From: Acidimicrobiia bacterium
GTDB lineage: Bacteria > Actinomycetota > Acidimicrobiia > Spongiisociales > ZC4RG35
DNA length: 20,716 nucleotides
Direction of reading: 5' to 3'
Assembly: GCA_965203555.1 (NCBI GenBank)
Contig: CBDBCY010000003.1
Coordinates: 1 to 20,716, forward strand
A model generated the notes under the pieces. The model ran no database searches. It saw only the letters and a program-made list of their open reading frames with translations, and had not been told where the DNA came from. This document shows positions 1-7,349 of this stretch, in pieces. Position numbers and translations under genes: made by a program. Every line of letters starts with the position of its first letter. Position 1 is the first letter of the stretch.

Positions 1-336
1 TGGTTGCGCTTCTATTTGGAAGGCGTGGAGACCCAGGCGAATGATGCCGTGCGTCGGGCTGAACGCCTGATCGACTTACGAGAAAAATACCGAGCTCGCG
101 TCATGGGATCCACGCGGAGCCAAGCTGTGCTCCTTGTTGATTCCCTCATCGCCAATCCCATCATCAACGCGCATCGCGTTGAGACCAGGCTGGACGTCAA
201 GCGACCCACCAGTCTCCGGATGCTGGGCTTGTTAGAAAATCTGGGAATACTGACCGAAATGGAACCCGGGCGGCGACGACAGCGACGTTTTGTCGCAGAA
301 GAGGTAATGAAGACAATCGACGAGGACATCACCTAG
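1..336 (+). CDS. Fic-family protein, C-terminal part with HTH (truncated by window start)
   Basis: Frame is open from base 1 (WLRFYLEGVETQANDAVRRAERLIDLREKYR...NPIINAHRVETRLDVKRPTSLRMLGLLENLGIL), typical of the post-Fic helix plus C-terminal HTH. The catalytic HPFxDGNGR motif would lie upstream of the window and is not visible. Confidence 0.7.
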   Translation, partial: WLRFYLEGVETQANDAVRRAERLIDLREKYRARVMGSTRSQAVLLVDSLIANPIINAHRVETRLDVKRPTSLRMLGLLENLGILTEMEPGRRRQRRFVAEEVMKTIDEDIT

Positions 337-355
337 GGGCCAATCCTCCCCCCTA
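334..355. terminator. Possible hairpin between the convergent Fic and dnaX genes
   Basis: TAGGGG (334-339) pairs with CCCCTA (350-355) around a 10-nt loop; no U-tract. Confidence 0.3.
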
Positions 356-382
356 TCCAGCGGGCCCAATCTCCCCTGCCGG

Positions 383-2272
383 TTAGAAGAGACTGGGACC
401 TGAGGGGTGTTTTACTTCGGTCACCGAGATGTCCGCGGCTTCAAAGAACGCCTCCAGGTCGGCGCCTGGTTCGTCGTCGGTGGGAGGCGCCTCGTCAGCC
501 GGGTCAGCCATTTCCTCGCCGTCCGGATCCTCTTGAACAAATGGGCGTTCATTTGCCGGCTCGGGGGAGTCCGGCGGTGTCACTTGGGGTTTCGGCGTGG
601 CTGGGAGAGGCTCTGGGGAAGAGGAAGGCGAGGAACCTGCGGGTTCCTGCGCAGGTTCCGGCAGTGAAATCCCGTCTATGTCCCGTACAACGAATTCGAC
701 TCTGACTTTCTGACCGGTGAGCCTCTCTATCTCGTCGTTCAGCCGAGTGGCGGCGTTTCTCTCTTGTAGGCGGTCACGTCGGAACGGATCCTCACAGTCC
801 ACCACCAGCCGTTCTCCCTCCAGAGCCCCCGGGCGGGTGGGACGTAGCAGGGCGGCGTCCATTCCACTAAAGCCTGCCACTACTTCGGGCCATAACTTGA
901 GCAGTCGCTGGAAAGTAAGCGGCCCCCCGCCAGGCGCCGGCGAAGGGTCCACAGTTGGAACAGGAGGACTCGCCGCCGGGACCGGTCCCTGGCGCTGCCG
1001 GGGTGGCTGGGACGCAGCGATCGGTTTAGGTGGTCTGGGCTTGGTAACGGACGGCGTATCAGCCGAAGGCGGAGAGTATCCGGGACGACGGTCACTTGGA
1101 ACTAACATCGCGCCATCTTGTCCAATCCTGGCTTCCAGTGCCTCGATCCTGCGCAAAAGAGCCGCCGGATGGATGGAAGTTTCCGGCCGTACTATCCAAA
1201 GAAGCGCCATCTCGAGCATCAGCCGTTCTTCCCGGCCTTCCCGTATCTTGATCAACGCTTCGCCCAACTGGTCCACCACCCGATTGACGTCGGCAACCGG
1301 CAGGATCCTCGCCGTCTCTTTCCAGTCTTCAATGACCTCGGGTGGCTCATCGGACACTGCGCCGGGGTCAGGAAGGTGATGGGCGAGGTACACCCCCCGG
1401 AAGAAACCGATACCGTCGGAAATGAAAGAGCGAAGATTCACCCCTCGGCTGTCAAGACGAGCCACCAGCGACAACACCGCCGGTGCGTCCCGATCAGCCA
1501 CCGCCCGTACCAGAATCGTCATCGTTTCCTGCCCCGCCACCCCCAGGGCTCTTTCCACCCCCTCGGTGTCGACCCGGCCGTCACCCAGCGCGGCCACCTG
1601 CTCCAGCAGGCTCAGCGAATCTCGAACGCTTCCCGCCGCATGGCGGGCGATGGTCTCCAAGCCACCCTCTCCCACTTCATAGCCTTCCTGTTCGGAGACC
1701 CACGTCAAATGGCGAGTGAGTACCGGCGCCGGCACAGGATGAAAATCGAAACGTTGGCTACGGGATCGAATGGTGTCAAGCAGTTTGTAGGGCTCGGTGG
1801 TGGCCAGAATGAAGTGGACGTTGGGAGGAGGCTCCTCCAGTGTCTTCAACAGCGCATTGCAGGCCGCAGTGGACAGCATGTGCGCCTCGTCGAGAATGAA
1901 GACCCGGTGGGCGGAGGGCCCGGCCGCCACCATGGTCACCTGCACGCGGATTTCTCTGATGTTTTCCACCGAGTTGTGGGAGGCCGCGTCCAATTCCTGG
2001 ACATCCAGGGAACTGCCGGCGGAAATGGCCCGGCATGTGGCGCATCGGTCGCAGGGCTCGCCGTCCTCGCGGGCATCCTCACAGTTGATTGCCTTGGCCA
2101 GGATCCGGGCAGTGGAAGTCTTTCCCGTTCCTCGCGGACCAGCGAACAGATAGGCATGCGCCACCCGTCTCTCGCGAGCCTCTCGCACCAGCGTGCGGGT
2201 CACATGTTCCTGGCCGATCACCTCTCCGAAGACCTGCGGCCGGTATTTGCGATAAAGCGCCCGGTAATCCAT
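383..2272 (-). CDS. dnaX: DNA polymerase III subunit gamma/tau
   Basis: Starts MDYRALYRKYRPQVFGEVIGQEHV. Walker A GPRGTGKT, Cys4 zinc module, ELDAAS, Walker B LDEAHML, NALLKTLEEPP, Pro-rich linker. Start moved from the ORF-track 2461 to ATG 2272 (629 aa). Confidence 0.97.
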   Translation of the reverse strand: MDYRALYRKYRPQVFGEVIGQEHVTRTLVREARERRVAHAYLFAGPRGTGKTSTARILAKAINCEDAREDGEPCDRCATCRAISAGSSLDVQELDAASHNSVENIREIRVQVTMVAAGPSAHRVFILDEAHMLSTAACNALLKTLEEPPPNVHFILATTEPYKLLDTIRSRSQRFDFHPVPAPVLTRHLTWVSEQEGYEVGEGGLETIARHAAGSVRDSLSLLEQVAALGDGRVDTEGVERALGVAGQETMTILVRAVADRDAPAVLSLVARLDSRGVNLRSFISDGIGFFRGVYLAHHLPDPGAVSDEPPEVIEDWKETARILPVADVNRVVDQLGEALIKIREGREERLMLEMALLWIVRPETSIHPAALLRRIEALEARIGQDGAMLVPSDRRPGYSPPSADTPSVTKPRPPKPIAASQPPRQRQGPVPAASPPVPTVDPSPAPGGGPLTFQRLLKLWPEVVAGFSGMDAALLRPTRPGALEGERLVVDCEDPFRRDRLQERNAATRLNDEIERLTGQKVRVEFVVRDIDGISLPEPAQEPAGSSPSSSPEPLPATPKPQVTPPDSPEPANERPFVQEDPDGEEMADPADEAPPTDDEPGADLEAFFEAADISVTEVKHPSGPSLF

Positions 2273-2281
2273 CTGCTTGGA

Positions 2282-2291
2282 ATGGTATATT
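2282..2291. promoter_or_regulatory. Overlapping divergent -10 elements for dnaX and the dGTPase
   Basis: Plus strand TGgTATATT (2283-2291, extended -10). Minus strand TACCAT (2287-2282), 9 nt before the dnaX ATG. Confidence 0.5.
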
Positions 2292-2364
2292 CGACCGCGG
2301 ACACTATGCCCTGGGACCGCACCCAAAAGCAACTCCAAAGGCCACCGACGGGGGAGGGCAAGTC

Positions 2365-3378
2365 GTGACAGAACCAGGCCAAGAGCCGCCGCTTCGCATA
2401 CGGGACCGCCTGCAGCGCCAGCGGGCGGAAGCCGCTCTGTCTCCCGCCGCCACCCGTTCATCCGACTCCCGGGGCAGAAACCTACCCGAACCGGACGACG
2501 ATCTGCTCACCGCTTTTCAGATCGACCGCGATCGCCTGCTTTTTTCCAAGGCATTCCGGCGCCTCCGCAACAAGACCCAGGTCTTTGCGGACCCGCCCGG
2601 CGACCATGTGATCACCCGCCTCACCCACACCATCCACGTCGCCCAGGTCGGGAGATCCCTGGCGGTGGCTTTGGGGCTCAACGAGAGTCTCACCGAGGCG
2701 ATTTGCCTGGGGCACGACATCGGCCATTCGCCGTTCGGACATGTCGGAGAGGAGGCACTGTCTCCCTACGTCGAGGAGGGCCAATGGCATCATGCCGCCC
2801 ACGGGATCCGGCTCCTGAACATATTGGAGCCCCTCAATCTCACCTTCGAGACCCTGGACGGTATCCGCACTCACACCTGGCGCATCAATCCCGGACCCGC
2901 CACCCCCGAAGGCCTGCTGTGCCGGTTCGCGGATCGTATCGCCTACCTCACCCACGACCTGGACGACGCCTTCAGACATGATGCCCTCTCGCCCCGCGAC
3001 ATACCGACCGCCATGATCGAACGGTTCGGGAAACCCGACCGGTGGGTCTCGGCCATGACCCGCGCCGTGATCGACGAGTCTGCCCGGAGGGGAGTGGTGA
3101 GCATGGACCCCCAGGCGCTGGCGGTGATGACCCGGTTCCGTTCCATGATGTTCGAACGGGTCTACGAAAGCCCCGCCCGCATCCGTGAAAACAAATGGGC
3201 GGTGGAAGTGATAACCCGGCTGGTGGAGCACTATATCCGGCGCCCCGAGGACCTGCCCGCCGACTTCGGGGTGGAGAGCGATCCGGCCCGGGTGCGGGCA
3301 GTCGACTATGTGGCGGGCTTCACCGACCGGGCCGCCATCTCCACCTACGAGAAGTTGTTCGGCGAGATACCAAGGTAG
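2365..3378 (+). CDS. dgt: dGTP triphosphohydrolase-like HD-domain protein (short type)
   Basis: FQIDRDR..SKAFRRL.NKTQVF, TRLTHT, GHDIGHSPFGHVGE, ADRIAYLTHDLDDA, DYVAGFTDR. GTG 2365 is preceded by GGAGGG (337 aa). Confidence 0.9.
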   Translation: MTEPGQEPPLRIRDRLQRQRAEAALSPAATRSSDSRGRNLPEPDDDLLTAFQIDRDRLLFSKAFRRLRNKTQVFADPPGDHVITRLTHTIHVAQVGRSLAVALGLNESLTEAICLGHDIGHSPFGHVGEEALSPYVEEGQWHHAAHGIRLLNILEPLNLTFETLDGIRTHTWRINPGPATPEGLLCRFADRIAYLTHDLDDAFRHDALSPRDIPTAMIERFGKPDRWVSAMTRAVIDESARRGVVSMDPQALAVMTRFRSMMFERVYESPARIRENKWAVEVITRLVEHYIRRPEDLPADFGVESDPARVRAVDYVAGFTDRAAISTYEKLFGEIPR

Positions 3379-3433
3379 CGGCATGTCGCTGCACCAACAT
3401 GGAATACGGATGCGGCGAGGGGTGTACCCGTTA

Positions 3434-3477
3434 TGGGTCGCGTGAACGCCCACCCGCCCGCTGATTCAGCAGACCCA
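3434..3477. terminator. Imperfect hairpin between the convergent dgt and small ORF
   Basis: TGGGTC-GC-G-TGAA (3434-3446) pairs with TTCA-GC-A-GACCCA (3465-3477): 12 bp with one bulge per arm and an 18-nt loop. Confidence 0.35.
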
Positions 3478-3519
3478 CCGGTGAACCTGGATGGGAGAGC
3501 CGTGAGTGTGGACCGGGAT

Positions 3520-3736
3520 TCACGAAACCGGCGTAATGCGTTTGACTCTGGATATGGGCCACACCACGGTGGTGGGCTCGTCCACCACCTGTCCGCTCAA
3601 CTCCGGGGTCACAAGGACGACCACGCGCAGATCATCGTCAAAGCCGTAAACCCTCATACACCGTTCCCCGCACGCTGAATTCAAATCCCCACGGGACCTC
3701 GACTTCCTCGCCAAAGAGCAAATCGGGGACCTTCAT
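3520..3736 (-). pseudogene. Small beta-rich hypothetical protein (~71 aa) interrupted by a one-base insertion (pseudogene or sequencing error)
   Basis: ATG 3736 gives MKVPDLLFGEEVEVPWGFEFSVRGTVYE. Removing one base of the CCC at 3651-3653 continues into VYGFDDDLRVVVLVTPELSGQVVDEPTTVVWPISRVKRITPVS* (TGA 3522-3520). Confidence 0.6.
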
Positions 3737-3793
3737 GTTCTTCTTTACCACGGCGGTGAAGTCCGTATTCCCTTAGCTTTCTCGCTCGGGAGG

Positions 3794-4450
3794 TCAACCA
3801 TCGGGATCCTCCCATAGGGGACCTTCCAGCCGCCAGGGAACGGAGTCGCCCCATCGGTTTTGAAAGGTCACCTCGTGGACCGGACTGCGGCGGGCCAGGC
3901 CCCATCTTCCCCTCGGGTATCCGCAGGACACCGCCGCCGCCTGTTTCCATCCTCGATTGGGGGGTACGCCCAGGAGTTCATCGGTCTCCTCGGCCTTGAA
4001 ATCCCCCAAAATGGTGGTCAGGCAGGCGCCGACCCCATGGCCGCGGGCCGCCAGCATGGCGCTCCACACCGCCGGGTAGATGGAGGCGCCGGAGGTGTCT
4101 CCCCTGACGTAGACGATCAGCCACAGGGGAACCTGGTCGGCGTGGTCGGCCAACCACTGGGCCGAGCCGAATATCCGGAGGGCCTGGGTGTCTTCTTCCC
4201 GCCGGGCCCGGTCCAGGTGTTCACCGTACACCTTGTCCAGTAAGACGGCGAACGCCTCCCGGTACAGGGCGCCCAATCGGGTCCTCACCTTGGAATCGGT
4301 CACCACCACGAACCGCCAGCTCTGGGCGTTGCCCCCCGAGGGAGCGCGAATCGCCGCGTCCAGCATGGCCTGTATCACGTCGGTGGGAATCGGGTCGGGT
4401 AGCACCCGGCGCATTGCCCGGGTGGTGTAGAGAGCCTGTGTGAGATCCAT
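3794..4450 (-). CDS. Nitroreductase family (FMN-dependent) protein
   Basis: MDLTQALYTTRAMRR..PDPIP, AAIRAPSGGNAQSWRFVVV, ASIYPAVWSAMLAARGHGVGACLTT, CGYP. True start is ATG 4450, not 5332 (218 aa). Confidence 0.92.
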   Translation of the reverse strand: MDLTQALYTTRAMRRVLPDPIPTDVIQAMLDAAIRAPSGGNAQSWRFVVVTDSKVRTRLGALYREAFAVLLDKVYGEHLDRARREEDTQALRIFGSAQWLADHADQVPLWLIVYVRGDTSGASIYPAVWSAMLAARGHGVGACLTTILGDFKAEETDELLGVPPNRGWKQAAAVSCGYPRGRWGLARRSPVHEVTFQNRWGDSVPWRLEGPLWEDPDG

Positions 4451-4457
4451 ACCCCCT

Positions 4458-4463
4458 AGGTTA
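4458..4463 (-). promoter_or_regulatory. -10 box, probable leaderless nitroreductase transcript
   Basis: TAACCT followed by 7 nt and then ATG 4450. Confidence 0.5.
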
Positions 4464-4513
4464 AACAGGCCCCCGTCGACGCCGTCCGACCGTACCGCGG
4501 CGGCGTTCCTTTC

Positions 4514-4519
4514 TAAGCT
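4514..4519 (+). promoter_or_regulatory. -10 box, probable leaderless dehalogenase transcript
   Basis: TAAGCT followed by 6 nt and then ATG 4526; no SD. Confidence 0.55.
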
Positions 4520-4525
4520 TGGCTT

Positions 4526-5398
4526 ATGAGCAGTTTCGCATCCACCAAGAAACATGTACAAGTCCTGGGCAGGCGCATGGCCTACACCGAGGCCGGCGCA
4601 GGTGACCCGATCGTATTCCTCCACGGCAACCCGACTTCCTCTTATCTGTGGCGCAAAGTCATCCCACCGGTGTCCGGTCAGGGTCGCTGCTTGGCGCCGG
4701 ACCTGATCGGAATGGGCGACTCTGACAAACTGGACGATTCGGGTCCGGGATCCTATCGATTCGTAGAACATCGACAGTACCTGGATGCGTGGTTGGAGGC
4801 GGTCGGCGCTACCGAGAACGTGACACTGGTGGGTCACGACTGGGGAGGGGCGTTGGCATTCGACTGGGCCAATCGCAACCGGAATGCGGTCCGGGGCTTG
4901 GTCTACATGGAGACGATCGTGTGTCCTGTTTCCTGGGACGACTGGCCTGACCCCGCCCGGGGCATTTTCCAAGCTATGCGGTCGCCGGCCGGAGAAGCCA
5001 TCGTCATCACCAAGAACGTCTTCGTGGAGAGGATCCTTCCCGCCTCGGTACTCGATCCTCTGTCGGAGGAGGTCATGGCCGAGTACCGCCGGCCTTACAC
5101 GGAAGGTGGCGAGACCCGCCGCCCCACGCTCACTTGGCCACGGGAAATACCGATCGACGGCGAGCCGTCCGACGTGACGGAGATTGCCGCCGCCTATGCG
5201 GAATGGCTGGCGGAGAGCGATGTGCCCAAGCTGTTCATAAACGCCAAGCCGGGAACCATTCTGATCGGAAAGCAGCGGGAGATGTGCAGGTCCTGGCCCA
5301 ATCAGACCGAAAAGACAGTTCGGGGTACCCATTTCATTCAGGAGGACTCCGGAGAGGAGATCGGCGCCTTCATTGCTGACTGGATGGCGGGAATCTAA
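4526..5398 (+). CDS. dhaA: Haloalkane dehalogenase, HLD-II (LinB/DhaA-like)
   Basis: FLHGNPTSSYLWR, PDLIGMGDSDK, nucleophile elbow GHDWGG, catalytic acid in YMET, RRPTLTWPREIP, catalytic His in HFIQEDS. Confidence 0.95.
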   Translation: MSSFASTKKHVQVLGRRMAYTEAGAGDPIVFLHGNPTSSYLWRKVIPPVSGQGRCLAPDLIGMGDSDKLDDSGPGSYRFVEHRQYLDAWLEAVGATENVTLVGHDWGGALAFDWANRNRNAVRGLVYMETIVCPVSWDDWPDPARGIFQAMRSPAGEAIVITKNVFVERILPASVLDPLSEEVMAEYRRPYTEGGETRRPTLTWPREIPIDGEPSDVTEIAAAYAEWLAESDVPKLFINAKPGTILIGKQREMCRSWPNQTEKTVRGTHFIQEDSGEEIGAFIADWMAGI

Positions 5399-5412
5399 CC
5401 CTCCGGAACGGT

Positions 5413-5438
5413 TGTCTGCCCCGCCGAGGCGGCGGACA
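5413..5438 (+). terminator. GC-rich hairpin after the dehalogenase
   Basis: TGTCTGCC (5413-5420) pairs with GGCGGACA (5431-5438) with one G-U pair, followed by GTTGT. Confidence 0.4.
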
Positions 5439-5513
5439 GTTGTATGGTGTCACACCTGGGGGACAAACAGATAGAAGAGACATCGATCATTAGCGGTCTG
5501 CAAGGGAGGTCCA

Positions 5514-6239
5514 ATGAACAACCACAGCATCCAATACGGTGATACCACCATCACCTACGAGGTGATTAGAAGCGAGCGCCGCAAGAAGACAATTCAAACC
5601 AAGATCAGTCTCGACAGGGTACGGGTGCTGGCGCCTGCCCACACGCCTGATCAGGAACTGGAGGACCTGGTCCGAAAGCAAGCACCCTGGATACTCAAGA
5701 AGCGACAGGCCCTGACAAATAGGCCCGCTCCCAAGCGGTTCGTAACCGGAGAAACCATGCCATACCTGGGTGAGGACTTTCCACTGGTGGTGGACACCGA
5801 CAGTTTCATCAGGCCTTGGATCCGCTTTGAGGACGGGCACTTCCTCTTCGACGCGCCACCGCAAATGGGTGAAGAAGAACGGCGAGAGCTGATCAGCAAC
5901 GGCTTCGTAGAGTGGTACCGGCAGAAAGCCGAGGAATTCCTACCCGAGCAGGTTGACTACTGGTTGCCGTTTGTAGCCGGCCACCGAGAGCCTCGGATTC
6001 TGATCCGTGATCAGAAACGCCGCTGGGCCAGCTGCTCCTCGGACGGAACCCTGCGTTTCAACTGGCGGGTCATGATGCTTGACCCCGAACTCATCGACTA
6101 TCTGGTTGTGCACGAACTGACTCATTTCCTTGTCATGAATCATTCCCCCGCGTTCTGGGAGTCGATGGCGTTCGTTATGCCGGACGCAAGAGGCCGCAGC
6201 AAACAACTCAACAAAACAAGCTTGATGCTTCCGTTTTGA
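5514..6239 (+). CDS. YgjP-like / DUF45 M48-family zinc metalloprotein
   Basis: YEVIRSERRKKTI, QKRRWASCS..GTLRFNWR, IDYLVVHELTH..VMNHSPAFW (HExxH). SD GGGAGG upstream. Confidence 0.9.
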   Translation: MNNHSIQYGDTTITYEVIRSERRKKTIQTKISLDRVRVLAPAHTPDQELEDLVRKQAPWILKKRQALTNRPAPKRFVTGETMPYLGEDFPLVVDTDSFIRPWIRFEDGHFLFDAPPQMGEEERRELISNGFVEWYRQKAEEFLPEQVDYWLPFVAGHREPRILIRDQKRRWASCSSDGTLRFNWRVMMLDPELIDYLVVHELTHFLVMNHSPAFWESMAFVMPDARGRSKQLNKTSLMLPF

Positions 6240-6267
6240 TGAACTCTCATTTCACACTCCACCTCGA

Positions 6268-7272
6268 TTGGCAACCAAGAGTCCATCGGCAGCCGAAGTC
6301 GCCATCCAAGCTGAGGCGGGGGCGACAGCAGTGATTCTGGTAGCGATCCCGGCTTTGCTGGTCGCCACAGTAAGCCTCCTCGCTTTTCTCGGTAGATGGA
6401 TCTGGCCTCTTGATCTTGCCACCAGCTTTCGGCCCCTTTATGCGGTGGGACTGGTGGCGGCGGGGGCCGTCCTCCTGCTGGGCAAATGGCGGCGACTGGG
6501 CTGGGCGGTGGTGATTCTCGGATTGCTGAACGCCGCCTATGTGGCGCCGCTGTTCTGGGGAAAGCAGGATATTCCTCCCCAATCGCCCACCATGCGGGTG
6601 GTCTCCTTCAACGTCCAGGGACAGAACGAGGAGTACCGACAGGTGATCGATTTTCTCCGGCGAACAGCTGCCGACGTGGTCTTCCTCCATGAAGCCAACC
6701 GGCTCTGGGAAGAGGCCCTGTCAGAGGCCATCACGGAGGAGGGGTTTGAATACCACCAACATCGCTCGCGCCCTGACCACCTCATCTTCTCCACCCTGAC
6801 GCTCACCAAAATCCGGCCCGTGGAGGTGATCAGTCACGGATGGGCGGAGAGGGAAGCCAGAGCAATGGAGGTGGTGGTTGGTTTGGGAGACAGGGAAGTC
6901 ACGTTGCTCGGAATACATCCGCTGGCGCCCACCAATCCCCGGCGAACAGCATTGCGGGACGCGCAATTCGAATTCGCGGCAGAGTGGGCGCGCGGCTCCA
7001 GGGGACCGACGGTGATAACCGGGGACTTCAACGCCACTCCCTGGTCCCATGTCTTCGCGCCGCTAACCGACGCCGGCCTTCGCAACTCCCAGCGCGGATT
7101 CGGTCTTGCTCTCAGCTTCCCGACAAACGGCAACCTCCTCACCCGGGTTCCCATCGACCATCTCCTCCACTCCCCGCATCTGGCGGTGGCGGACAGGTGG
7201 CTGGGACCTGACCTGGGCTCCGATCACTTACCACTGGTGGTGGATTTGGCCTTGGTCTCCCCCTCGGGATGA
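6268..7272 (+). CDS. Membrane-anchored endonuclease/exonuclease/phosphatase (EEP) family protein
   Basis: N-terminal hydrophobic helices, then SFNV, DVVFLHEA, GIHP, TGDFNATPWS, PIDHLL, GSDHLPL. Start uncertain (TTG 6268 or GTG 6331). Confidence 0.88.
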   Translation: MATKSPSAAEVAIQAEAGATAVILVAIPALLVATVSLLAFLGRWIWPLDLATSFRPLYAVGLVAAGAVLLLGKWRRLGWAVVILGLLNAAYVAPLFWGKQDIPPQSPTMRVVSFNVQGQNEEYRQVIDFLRRTAADVVFLHEANRLWEEALSEAITEEGFEYHQHRSRPDHLIFSTLTLTKIRPVEVISHGWAEREARAMEVVVGLGDREVTLLGIHPLAPTNPRRTALRDAQFEFAAEWARGSRGPTVITGDFNATPWSHVFAPLTDAGLRNSQRGFGLALSFPTNGNLLTRVPIDHLLHSPHLAVADRWLGPDLGSDHLPLVVDLALVSPSG

Positions 7273-7349
7273 CTCTCCAGGGGTAGTGCTCCCGCCCCCG
7301 ATCCCCCTTATCCTTCAGGGTCAGTCTTGTCACAACCAAAAGGACTTGG

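Noticed and set aside
383-2272. Programmed -1 frameshift or slippage producing the gamma subunit of dnaX
   Set aside because: No A AAA AAG heptamer or long A-run seen on the coding strand.
1118-2368. Long antisense ORFs (416 aa here; also 2482-3453, 9194-10249, 18871-19851)
   Set aside because: Shadow frames opposite real GC-biased genes, with no recognisable motifs.
2273-2461. ORF-track N-terminal extensions of dnaX (to 2461) and dgt (from 2089), implying overlapping divergent genes
   Set aside because: Family homology begins at 2272 and ~2365; the extensions are just stop-poor GC-rich sequence.
3428-3490. Integron attC site after the small gene
   Set aside because: Boxes run GTT...AAC rather than AAC...GTT; single copy; no integrase.
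4451-5332. 512-aa nitroreductase fusion
   Set aside because: The upstream part is the antisense shadow of the dehalogenase; the real start is 4450.
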